Virus record (IMG/VR): IMGVR_UViG_3300037470_000393
Span: 1-25,025 of that record
Length of the DNA stretch: 25,025 bases
Origin: a virus
Lineage: Duplodnaviria > Caudoviricetes
Direction: 5' to 3' (one strand)
Both the position numbers and the translations under genes were made by a program. Below the pieces are notes generated by a model that was given only the letters and a program-made list of their open reading frames with translations, did no database searches and was not told the DNA's origin. This document shows positions 7,901 through 16,026 of this stretch, piece after piece; the first letter of the stretch is position 1; every line of letters starts with the position of its first letter.

Positions 7901-8358
7901 GCCAGCCTGAGAAGCCCGCCAGCACCGTCTGGGCCATCAAGCTACCTGACGGCCGCCTCGTCGCCAAAATCCTCGGAGAAACCCGCCCGACGCGCAAGAA
8001 CGGGCTGCTGCGAGACGGCGAGAAGCTGGCCGGCGGGCCGTACCCGGACATCAAGACGGCCATATTCGCGTCACGGGCCGATCTCTACCGTGCGCACCTG
8101 CTGCGCGGGATCATCGATCAGGGCATCTTCGTCGCCAATCCTCGAAACGGCATTCATGGTCGCTACAAGCCGACGCTCGAGGACGTGGCGGAATGGTCCG
8201 GCTACTCGGTCAGGACGATCAAGTCATGGCTGCAGCCGGCGAACTCGCACACTAGGCGAGGGATGCCGCTGCCGGCGATCAGACATATCGTTCTGGAATT
8301 CGCTTTCCGGGACGAAAGCGCCTACGCATGGCAGAAGGCGCTCAGGAAGTGTCGCTAA
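7897..8358 (+). CDS. HTH DNA-binding protein (C-terminal part of the 7438-8358 ORF); start uncertain
   Basis: TLEDVAEWSGYSVRTIKSWL HTH; CTG at 7897 overlaps the upstream TGA in the same geometry as ATGA couplings. Confidence 0.55.
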   Translation: MSQPEKPASTVWAIKLPDGRLVAKILGETRPTRKNGLLRDGEKLAGGPYPDIKTAIFASRADLYRAHLLRGIIDQGIFVANPRNGIHGRYKPTLEDVAEWSGYSVRTIKSWLQPANSHTRRGMPLPAIRHIVLEFAFRDESAYAWQKALRKCR

Positions 8359-10547
8359 CCATTCAGTGCCTCGAACATATCGGATTGCGCATCGGCGTGA
8401 CGTAGATTCTGAACTGCCTGATCGTAATAGCTGCGCTTCAATTCGCAGCCGATGAATCTCCGTTGAAGTTCTAGCGCAACAACGCCTTCTGATCCGATTC
8501 CGGCGAACGGAGAAAGAACCGTATCTCCCTGATTCGTCCATAACTCAATCCCACGCCGGATTACTTCGAGCTGTAATGGGCAAATATGTCTTTCGTCATC
8601 ATGCTCGCGGGCACTGCGATACTGCAATGTGTCCGACTGGTTGATATCCACCCATACCGGAGACGCAATCTTCTGCCACTTATCGACCGGGTAATCGTCG
8701 TGCGTAACTCGGTTCACCGGATCGCCCGGAGCGCGCATCGTCACGAGATAGTCAGGTATTCCCTGCCGAGCCATACTGCTATTTCCTCGCACGGTCTTGT
8801 GCAGAAGTCCGAGCGCTTTGGTCCGCTGCATTGCGGTCACTGGATCTTTCCAGATCACGACTTCCGAGTGATAAATAAAACCCTGCCGCTCGAATGCTCG
8901 AATCAAATCACCACGAAAATCCTTGAGCCCGATCACGCCATCCATGACCTTGCTTGTGGGAAGGAGCATGCAGTGAAACGATACATCGCGCCCTGTCTGC
9001 ATAACCCGTATCAATTCTGCAATCACGTAGTCGAAGTGCTCCATGAACTGCTCACGCGTCTTGCAATTCCCCATGTCTCTCGGGCTGTTTGAATACGTGT
9101 ATAACGACGCGAACGGCGGAGAAAAAATAGAATAGCCAATGCTTTTATCTGGTATCGCCTTCATGGCCTCGACGCAATCGCCGAGATACATGGTCCATGC
9201 GCTTCCTTCTGCCTTATCTTCTGCGTAGGTATTTGTCACTCTCGTCGCTCCTAGTACGTTCGCCATCACGGCCTTTGCTGTGTGCTGAACAGATTCTTCA
9301 GCCATTTCTGATGCTGCAGCTTCTTTTGCTTTCAGGTTCGATACCACAGATCCCTCGCGATCAGATGCAAACACATGGACATTAACCGGCTTTTTTTGTC
9401 CGAATCTCCAGCATCTACGCACGGCCTGATAGTACGACTCATAGCTATCTGTCACGCCGACGAACGCCATTCGAGAACAGTGCTGCCAATTCAATCCGAA
9501 CCCGGCGATAGACGGCTTGGTCACGATCACGCGAGCTTGCCCGTGGCGAAACGCTGAAAGCGCGGCCTCTTTTTCATCGATCGTTTGCGACCCACGAACT
9601 TCAATTGCTCCATCAATAGCCGCTGTCAGCATTGACGACTCATCGTTCAATTCACACCAGACTACCCACGGCTGCCTATCAGAGTTGACAATCTCTGCGC
9701 ACGCTCGCACGCGATCCTCTATTGATTGTCGGCGAGCATCGCGACGCTCGCTCAACGTAGATGCCTCCATAGAGAACAATTGTCCAGGCAATGGCTCGCT
9801 GATTGTCTCAATCGTATGCTGCTCGACTGATAATGGCGGCAGATTGAATCTTGACGCATCGAATCCTAGATCGGACGGGGATCGTACAATCGCACCCCAT
9901 GAGGCCACCCACTCCCAGAATAAGGCGCGAGCGTGCCCCTTGAGTCTCCAATCCTGCGTTTTTTCCATGTCATGCACGAAGAACTCGGCAAGCATTTCTG
10001 CTCTGGTACACACCCCAAGAAATTCGGCATGCGTTCCTAGTTCGGTCCAGTCATTAGGCGCTGGTGTAGCAGTAGCACAGAGCTTGTACGGCGTGTCTTT
10101 GAACAGTTCTGTTAAGGTACCAAACGTCTTTGACGTATGGTGTTTGATGATAGAGCTTTCATCGTTGGCGACACCGGCAAGCCCACTCACATCGAACTTA
10201 TGCACACGCTCGTAATTCGTTATGCAGATGCCGTCAAGTTCGCAAGGCTCTCGAACATGGCGCACCGGAACCCCAATGATTTTTCCTTCTTCGACTGTTT
10301 GCTCTGCAACCGCGAGCGGCGCGAGGATCAAGACTGGCCCGTGACGGCGATAGACCTGCTCTGCCCATGCAAGCTTCATCCTGGTCTTGGTCAATCCAGT
10401 GTCAGCGAAAATAGCGGCACGCCCGATTCGGAGTGCCCATTTCGTCAGAGCAGCAGCGAAGTCAAACAGTCCGTCATTAACTTCTGACTCGAATCCAACG
10501 GGCGAAAATCGAGATAGCTTTCTAGATATAAAGTCTTGATAAATCAC
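8355..10547 (-). CDS. SF2 (SNF2-like) helicase fused to an N4/N6 DNA methyltransferase
   Basis: ADTGLTKT, DESS, ATATP, GFGLNWQ, QAVRRCWRFGQ; then GDC, FSPPF (motif IV), HICPLQ, SPFAGIGS (motif I); GGAGG RBS before GTG 10547. Confidence 0.9.
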   Translation of the reverse strand: MIYQDFISRKLSRFSPVGFESEVNDGLFDFAAALTKWALRIGRAAIFADTGLTKTRMKLAWAEQVYRRHGPVLILAPLAVAEQTVEEGKIIGVPVRHVREPCELDGICITNYERVHKFDVSGLAGVANDESSIIKHHTSKTFGTLTELFKDTPYKLCATATPAPNDWTELGTHAEFLGVCTRAEMLAEFFVHDMEKTQDWRLKGHARALFWEWVASWGAIVRSPSDLGFDASRFNLPPLSVEQHTIETISEPLPGQLFSMEASTLSERRDARRQSIEDRVRACAEIVNSDRQPWVVWCELNDESSMLTAAIDGAIEVRGSQTIDEKEAALSAFRHGQARVIVTKPSIAGFGLNWQHCSRMAFVGVTDSYESYYQAVRRCWRFGQKKPVNVHVFASDREGSVVSNLKAKEAAASEMAEESVQHTAKAVMANVLGATRVTNTYAEDKAEGSAWTMYLGDCVEAMKAIPDKSIGYSIFSPPFASLYTYSNSPRDMGNCKTREQFMEHFDYVIAELIRVMQTGRDVSFHCMLLPTSKVMDGVIGLKDFRGDLIRAFERQGFIYHSEVVIWKDPVTAMQRTKALGLLHKTVRGNSSMARQGIPDYLVTMRAPGDPVNRVTHDDYPVDKWQKIASPVWVDINQSDTLQYRSAREHDDERHICPLQLEVIRRGIELWTNQGDTVLSPFAGIGSEGVVALELQRRFIGCELKRSYYDQAVQNLRHADAQSDMFEALNG

Positions 10548-11398
10548 AATTCCTCCAAGTAACAATCCGGCAGCGCATCAACCAAATCATGCTCCCGCGC
10601 CCAGGCGACCAGCGTTTCCGGCGGAATTTCGCTCCAGTGAGCAAAGCCTAGCTGCATCTTCAGCGTCTCCCAGAGCCACGATTGAACGTGCTGGATTCGC
10701 AGCTTGTCGAACGATTCCTTGCCGCCAAGATAGCTCTCTCCGTGCGTGTGCTGCTCAACGTGGCACTTGTGGCAAAGCGGGATCGCCGAGTAGGCTGGTT
10801 TAATCCCGGTCCCGGACCCATCGGAAACACGGCGAACATGCGCCGGATCGCAAAGCATGAACGTGTCCATTTCCCAATGCGGCGTCCAGCGACACTTAGC
10901 GCACTTCTGATGCTTGCACCATTCGAGATATTCTTCGTCGGTCCCGACCGCCTCCCAGACTTTTCGAGCCAACATGAAGGAAACGTGAGTCCTGAGCACG
11001 CGCGCATACCGCCCATACGGCGCCGGCTCTTTCGGCGCTTCTCCGGCCGCTGCATCGATCATGCGCTTGCGGCCAGTCTCGGGATCGGCAGCAGCGAGTA
11101 CGGCAGGTAGATCCGGCTTCGGCCAGATTTCCATGAATCGGCGCTTGTGGATCGCGTCCACGGTCAGCCTGAAAGACACTGATCCGTCTTTCTTCTCGCT
11201 CAGAATAGGACCGCGCACCGCCTCGATCGCGGATGATCCGTCCGACAGAAACACCGGCTCGCTGGTTTCCTGAAACACGGAGTAGAAGATAGCAGCGTCG
11301 TCGGCATCGACGACAATCCGCACGCCAAGACTGCCATCGGCGAATTCCCTGACGATGCAGTCGCGAGTGACGGGGATTGCGGCGTAGTCGTCGGTCAT
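10544..11398 (-). CDS. Protein with C-terminal DUF968/HNH-like Zn-binding nuclease domain
   Basis: CAKC...DPAHVRR...GTGIKP...IPLCHKCHVEQH. Confidence 0.75.
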   Translation of the reverse strand: MTDDYAAIPVTRDCIVREFADGSLGVRIVVDADDAAIFYSVFQETSEPVFLSDGSSAIEAVRGPILSEKKDGSVSFRLTVDAIHKRRFMEIWPKPDLPAVLAAADPETGRKRMIDAAAGEAPKEPAPYGRYARVLRTHVSFMLARKVWEAVGTDEEYLEWCKHQKCAKCRWTPHWEMDTFMLCDPAHVRRVSDGSGTGIKPAYSAIPLCHKCHVEQHTHGESYLGGKESFDKLRIQHVQSWLWETLKMQLGFAHWSEIPPETLVAWAREHDLVDALPDCYLEEL

Positions 11399-11616
11399 TC
11401 GTTATCGCTAATCAGTTGCGCCTTCTCATCACGTGCCCGCTTGTTCGCTCTCTCGACGACAGGCTGTAGCTTGGCGATTGTCTCGGTCTCGACAGAAATC
11501 AGTAGCGTGTCGCTTGTTACACCGTTGCAGACCGTGTACGTGAACCCGGCCTTAGTCAGATCATCCTCGAACACTGGCAGCTTGTAGGCGTCGATTCCTA
11601 TGGCAGCTTTCTTCAT
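11395..11616 (-). CDS. Hypothetical protein
   Basis: 73 aa, coupled on both sides. Confidence 0.7.
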   Translation of the reverse strand: MKKAAIGIDAYKLPVFEDDLTKAGFTYTVCNGVTSDTLLISVETETIAKLQPVVERANKRARDEKAQLISDNE

Positions 11617-11780
11617 TACGGCATCCTCTCACAGGTTTCTACGGCCATCTCGGCTATTTTCTTTAGTTCATCTTGGTCTTGTGGCCCTAACTCATCCCAT
11701 CGAAAACCAACTATTGCACCACTCCAGTACGCATTATCGCGAACACTATTCCACCAAATCTCTACCTCGCTATTAGACAT
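11616..11780 (-). CDS. Hypothetical protein (54 aa; not in the ORF track)
   Basis: MSNSEVEIWWNSVRDNAYWSGAIVGFRWDELGPQDQDELKKIAEMAVETCERMP; exactly fills the gap with TGATG/TAATG overlaps. Confidence 0.65.
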   Translation of the reverse strand: MSNSEVEIWWNSVRDNAYWSGAIVGFRWDELGPQDQDELKKIAEMAVETCERMP

Positions 11781-12061
11781 CAGTGATCCCCTGGCTGGCG
11801 AACACGAAACCCGTTCAAGTGCTTGTCAAGCGGCTGCGGAACGGTTCCGACCGGAGCAATGGCGAGCCGCGCCTCTTGGCCGTCAACGTCCATCGCCGCG
11901 CCGTTCAAATCGAGGCCGAGCGGTAGGCCGAGAAACTGGAACGGATGACCGCACTCGCATTCGATTCGAATATCCGCGCAGAAGCGGCCAGTGTCTTCGA
12001 GATAATGCACTGAGACGTTTGCCCGGTGAGCTTTATTGTGCTTGCAATCAGACATTGGCAA
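11780..12061 (-). CDS. Hypothetical protein, possible Zn-binding (CxH...CECG)
   Basis: 93 aa in the operon. Confidence 0.7.
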   Translation of the reverse strand: MPMSDCKHNKAHRANVSVHYLEDTGRFCADIRIECECGHPFQFLGLPLGLDLNGAAMDVDGQEARLAIAPVGTVPQPLDKHLNGFRVRQPGDH

Positions 12062-12695
12062 TAATCTTCCTCATCCCACGCTCAAACTTCTTCGCGCCGC
12101 CCATCGACGGATGACGGACAGCGTGATCGACACGAACCCCGAGACCCGCCAGCGTCCGCTCAGCGATCCTGCCAAGAGCAATGATCGTCGCGGACGCAAA
12201 GTGATCGATGACCGCGTTCAGCACCTCGCTGCCGGCCTTCAACTCGATTGCCGTTGGTGCCCTGTTCGACATCGGGATTCCTGGCTTATGAGGGTGCCAT
12301 GCAAAAGCGTTGTGCATCACGACTTTCTCGGCTATTCCGAGCGAATGCAGCACCCGCCAGACGATCGTGGCAGACGGCTCGGCCCACGGCCTGGGTCTCG
12401 TGGTGATTCGTCCTGCCAGCGGCTCTATGCGCGGTATGGCGCGATTCATCAGTAAAACCTCGCTGGTGAACGCGACGCCGGAGAAGTGGCAGCCCTGATA
12501 GCCAGGAGCCTCACCAATCAGAAGGTACTTGGGCTTGCAGTCGAAGTGCCGAAGCAGCCGTCCGCCACGCGCCAGAGGGCCATCGAAGCCGGTATCCCAC
12601 GGATCGCGCTGGAGCCACGGATTGAAAACGTCGGGGTACGTTCCGGCTCTATCCGGGCCGGCGGCGATCAGGTTGACGAGTTCGGTGACGTTCAT
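12048..12695 (-). CDS. Uracil-DNA glycosylase superfamily protein
   Basis: LLIGEAPGYQGCHFSGVAFTSE (motif A), NRAPT, IIALGRIA, VRHPSMGG (motif B). Confidence 0.88.
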   Translation of the reverse strand: MNVTELVNLIAAGPDRAGTYPDVFNPWLQRDPWDTGFDGPLARGGRLLRHFDCKPKYLLIGEAPGYQGCHFSGVAFTSEVLLMNRAIPRIEPLAGRITTRPRPWAEPSATIVWRVLHSLGIAEKVVMHNAFAWHPHKPGIPMSNRAPTAIELKAGSEVLNAVIDHFASATIIALGRIAERTLAGLGVRVDHAVRHPSMGGAKKFERGMRKIIANV

Positions 12696-13255
12696 TCCGA
12701 AGAAGCCTTTAGCTGGGCTACTGCCATCCGTAAACCTTCAAACATTCCGCACCCTCTAAGCGCGTGAACCTGACCGGCCGTGATCCATTCGCCATAGTCG
12801 TCGCCGAGAAGATCGCCGTTGGCGCTGACCCACTGATACCATTCCTGCTCATAGTGGCAAGCGTTTTGAGCGCCACGTTGCACAGCCTCAGTGAGCATGG
12901 ATTTATCCCCGGTATCTTCGTCGGTCAGATGCTCGGCAAGGATCTCCATCATGTACTCGCCGTTCCAATCGTAGAGCCGACGACCCGACCCGCTCGCTTG
13001 GCACTTGCCCATGACGTAATCGAAATTGCAGCCTGCAATCCAGTCGAATGTCACCACCTGACTCCACGTAAATACTGCATCGCCAATGTCGCCGACGACA
13101 ATGAGATTGTTGCGGTACACATGGAAATCGCAGCGATAGACCGACGTATTGGGCGCCGACCAGATCAGCCAGCCGTCTTTCATAGTGGCCTTATGATTGG
13201 CGAACCATGAGCGAACGTACTCTAGATCCTCAGCAGTGCGACGTTTAATAGTCAT
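12692..13255 (-). CDS. Conserved phage hypothetical protein
   Basis: 187 aa from ATG 13255 (ATGA overlap); LIVVGDIGDAVF motif. Confidence 0.7.
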   Translation of the reverse strand: MTIKRRTAEDLEYVRSWFANHKATMKDGWLIWSAPNTSVYRCDFHVYRNNLIVVGDIGDAVFTWSQVVTFDWIAGCNFDYVMGKCQASGSGRRLYDWNGEYMMEILAEHLTDEDTGDKSMLTEAVQRGAQNACHYEQEWYQWVSANGDLLGDDYGEWITAGQVHALRGCGMFEGLRMAVAQLKASSE

Positions 13256-13449
13256 ATCAAATCCTTCGCCAACGCAATCCATTCAGAAATTTCAATCTTG
13301 ATCTCAGCGCCGACCTCGAGTTCGTCCTCGTGGTCCAGCACTTGCGACAGCGGAATCCATGCCTCGCGGTCGCCGTTGTGGACGAGAACGGCAGAGGCGG
13401 TCAGGTGGCGGATTTCTACGTCGAGCCAGATTTTATTGGATTTGCTCAT
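13252..13449 (-). CDS. Small phage beta-barrel-like protein
   Basis: 65 aa; TASAVLV...WIPLSQV...ISEWIALAKDLI pattern common in phage small proteins. Confidence 0.75.
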   Translation of the reverse strand: MSKSNKIWLDVEIRHLTASAVLVHNGDREAWIPLSQVLDHEDELEVGAEIKIEISEWIALAKDLI

Positions 13450-13450
13450 G

Positions 13451-13669
13451 TCAGACCGGCCTCGCATTCTGTAATAGTCGCTTTGAATTCTCCGGCATGT
13501 CACCGCCTCGCTTGATCCCTAGCACCGCAGCGCATGGCCGACAGATTCGGATGCGCCATGATCCATCATCCGTGTTGTCGTTCACATCGATAGCAGCCGG
13601 CTCGCTGTGATCGCTCACGCAGAGATCATCGGCAATTTCGCAGTCGATCCAGACTTTTTTATTCTTCAT
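13451..13669 (-). CDS. Hypothetical protein with Cys motifs
   Basis: 72 aa; CEIADDLC and ICRPC. Confidence 0.6.
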   Translation of the reverse strand: MKNKKVWIDCEIADDLCVSDHSEPAAIDVNDNTDDGSWRIRICRPCAAVLGIKRGGDMPENSKRLLQNARPV

Positions 13670-13808
13670 TTCCTGTCCAAACTATGTCGCCGGGCTTTAA
13701 ATTTTCAAAAGGTATACGCATCTCAGCCGCGCGCTGAATAAGCGCCTCAGTCCAAAGCCTGCCGATCTCGCGAAGCTCGTCATCTGACAGAGACCCGATA
13801 AAATTTTA

Positions 13809-14724
13809 GGGAATTACATACTTGAGTCCCTTAGCCACAGCGCGCCTCCTCGGGCTTCCAGACAGTGGCTATGTGCCGGGACAGTTCGAACGGAATTTTA
13901 GCGATCAGCGCCGAGGCGGCTTTGCGCTTCGGTGATTTCAGGTCGTTGCGCCCATCGGGATTACGTGCCTTGCCGCTCGTCGTGTTGTGCGCGATGCGGA
14001 ACCATGAGCCGCCTGAATTTTTCGTCGCGCTGACGTTCCAATGCGGCGATACCTCGCCGGTCTTTTTGTGTCTGGACCAGTCTTGCCCGGCGTTCTTGAC
14101 GGACTCGCTCTGAAAACTCTTGCCGCTACCGTCGAAGCGAAAGCCAGGATTCTTTACCGCGCCGCTCGATCGATGACCGAACAATTCGCCGCCTCCGTGC
14201 TGGATACTGCCCCGATAGACAAAGTCAGGAGCGCTGGTCCACAGATAGTACGAACCGTAGTTAGCAATGGCTTTACCGACCCACGGTTGAGCCCCCTTCA
14301 CATTTTCGACGACCATCGGGATATGCCGGCCCGCAGCTTCGGACGCTTCGCGCTGGATGCGCCAGCAGGCGTTGAACAGCTCAAGCTCTTTTGCCAGTAG
14401 ATCGGGATCATTGCGTGTTTTCTCGGCGCGCTGCTTCGCGAGCTTCCACGGCATGGCGGTGTAGCTGAAAAACTGACAAGGCGGACTCGCCACAATCAGC
14501 GCCGCGTCCCTGAACTGCCGACCGTGCAGCGTGAGCACGTCCTGCACGACGAGCTGCGCCGGATACTTCATGTCGCCGTAGACATGGCGCTCGTTGTCGA
14601 ATCCGACGACGTAGTAGCCCTCGGCCAGCAGACCATCGGTCCAGCCGCCTAGGCCGCAAAACAGGTCAATCGCCAGTGGCACGGTCACGCTTTGTTACCT
14701 AAGGGACTCAAGTATGTAATTCCC
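13809..14724. mobile_element. Non-autonomous TIR element (mobile insertion cassette, IS1595-like ends) carrying a methyltransferase
   Basis: Perfect 26-bp inverted repeats GGGAATTACATACTTGAGTCCCTTAG (13809-13834, 14699-14724); direct repeat AAATTTTA at 13801-13808 and 14725-14732; no transposase inside. Confidence 0.88.
13831..14688 (-). CDS. C5 cytosine DNA methyltransferase-like protein
   Basis: Motif I DLFCGLGG, motif IV ASPPCQ, motif VI VENV, C-terminal AKIPFELSRHIA; no clear motif VIII QxRxR. Confidence 0.82.
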   Translation of the reverse strand: MTVPLAIDLFCGLGGWTDGLLAEGYYVVGFDNERHVYGDMKYPAQLVVQDVLTLHGRQFRDAALIVASPPCQFFSYTAMPWKLAKQRAEKTRNDPDLLAKELELFNACWRIQREASEAAGRHIPMVVENVKGAQPWVGKAIANYGSYYLWTSAPDFVYRGSIQHGGGELFGHRSSGAVKNPGFRFDGSGKSFQSESVKNAGQDWSRHKKTGEVSPHWNVSATKNSGGSWFRIAHNTTSGKARNPDGRNDLKSPKRKAASALIAKIPFELSRHIATVWKPEEARCG

Positions 14725-14823
14725 AAATTTTAGCGTCAGGTGTCGCGCAACCTTCGAGCATAAGAAAGTTCGGCACTCTCGGCAGTGAAACGACAGCTTT
14801 GACTTGGTATGTTTTGCTGCTCA

Positions 14824-15663
14824 TCAGAACGGAATCGGATCACATTCGCCGTCATGGCCTTTGGCCAGGCAGCATTCGCCATCAAGGCCATCGCAATAAT
14901 CGCGGTCATCTGGCACTTGCTTGCCGGGATTCTCCCGACGCTCGTATTCCTGCGAAAGTCCGTTGTACAGATACGGATGCTCGCCCGGCAGCCAATCCTG
15001 CTTTAAACACCACAAGAGAAGCCCGTCATCGATATCTGTCAGCAGCTCACCGCGCGCTTTCGTGATCGGCATTCGGAGCGGGATACGTGACTGCTCGGAA
15101 AATTCGTAGAGCGCGGCCCATGTCTCTATCTCTGGCTTGGCGTTCAGAATGAACGTCAACAGCCGGGCATTGTTGAGCACGTCGATAGTGGCTCCGTGCG
15201 CGCCCCTGAGACACTCTCTTGTCTCGTCCGTCGGACCCATGAGCATGTAGAGCAGCGCGGACTGCGAATAACTGTCGGCATCCTGCCAGACGTGCTGGGC
15301 CATTGCGTAGGTGCAGATGAGTTTAACGTCTGGCCGGCCTGCGGCTTCATGGTCAAAATCGATTGAATGACCGCACAAGTACTCGACAGCCGGCAATTTG
15401 AACGCACTCGACGGCTGATGCGCCTCGATGTCAGACGGCAATATGTGATGCACGGCCATCGCGCCGAACTGGATCGGCTTGCTCGGGCGGTAGAATTCGT
15501 GGAAGTTAACTGAGTCAATGCAGTCGATGTAGCTGCGAAGGATTCGGTCACTCTGGCCGGCCAAATCTTCCTCTGCCGGAATCACGGCATAGGCAGCCTC
15601 GATGATTTCTCGATCTTCATCGCGACTGGTGGTCTCGGTGTCAAAAATCGCTGCTTTGATCAT
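14824..15663 (-). CDS. DEDDh 3'-5' exonuclease (ExoX-like)
   Basis: FDTETT, AMAVHHI, GHSIDFD, ICT, AHGATIDV; ATG 15663 in ATGA overlap. Confidence 0.88.
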   Translation of the reverse strand: MIKAAIFDTETTSRDEDREIIEAAYAVIPAEEDLAGQSDRILRSYIDCIDSVNFHEFYRPSKPIQFGAMAVHHILPSDIEAHQPSSAFKLPAVEYLCGHSIDFDHEAAGRPDVKLICTYAMAQHVWQDADSYSQSALLYMLMGPTDETRECLRGAHGATIDVLNNARLLTFILNAKPEIETWAALYEFSEQSRIPLRMPITKARGELLTDIDDGLLLWCLKQDWLPGEHPYLYNGLSQEYERRENPGKQVPDDRDYCDGLDGECCLAKGHDGECDPIPF

Positions 15664-15788
15664 TTCTTCCCCTTCGCTTTCTTCTTCCCAAACACATGCG
15701 GATCGCGAAACCAGTGCCGAGTGCCGCATATTTTGCAAAACGGGGCGCGATCATTGGATGACTTGGATGGTTTATCTTGGCGCTTCAT
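15660..15788 (-). CDS. Small basic Zn-knuckle-like peptide (42 aa; not in the ORF track)
   Basis: MKRQDKPSKSSNDRAPFCKICGTRHWFRDPHVFGKKKAKGKK; stop overlaps the exonuclease ATG. Confidence 0.55.
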   Translation of the reverse strand: MKRQDKPSKSSNDRAPFCKICGTRHWFRDPHVFGKKKAKGKK

Positions 15789-15801
15789 TGTTTGAATCGG
15801 A

Positions 15802-16026
15802 TCATTTGTGTCTCGCCTCGCCTACCAGCCCGCAGCAGTCCTTGAGCGCATCGCGACACGTATTATCTGAGCAAAGCGGAAATAGATCGTGATCGTCGCC
15901 ACGCATATGCGAGACGCGGATTTCAGCTTGCCTCGTGGCGGGCTGTTCGCATTGCCAACACACCTTGCCAGTGCCCTCGGGCAGCTTTTCCATACCGCCC
16001 CATCGGGGATAGGTTTTTCGGCTCAT
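15802..16026 (-). CDS. Hypothetical Cys-rich protein (74 aa)
   Basis: MSRKTYPRWG...CWQC...LCSDNTC; ATGA coupled to the NADAR gene. Confidence 0.65.
   Translation of the reverse strand: MSRKTYPRWGGMEKLPEGTGKVCWQCEQPATRQAEIRVSHMRGDDHDLFPLCSDNTCRDALKDCCGLVGEARHK

Larger units (their letters stand above)
13659..14824 (-). pseudogene. Small phage gene split by the 13809-14724 element
   Basis: 5' part MSSKTYQVKAVVSLPRVPNFLMLEGCATPDAKI (14824-14725) stops inside the repeat; 3' part FIGSLSDDELREIGRLWTEALIQRAAEMRIPFENLKPGDIVWTGNEE ends at 13659; the clean join is one base short of in-frame. Confidence 0.65.

Noticed and set aside
8355-14688. Host restriction-modification or DISARM/BREX defence island
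   Set aside because: No cognate restriction endonuclease or core defence genes; the context is a phage early operon
13809-14724. Invertible (phase-variable) segment or self-splicing intron
   Set aside because: Flanking 8-bp direct duplication and gene interruption fit transposition; no invertase or intron structure is visible
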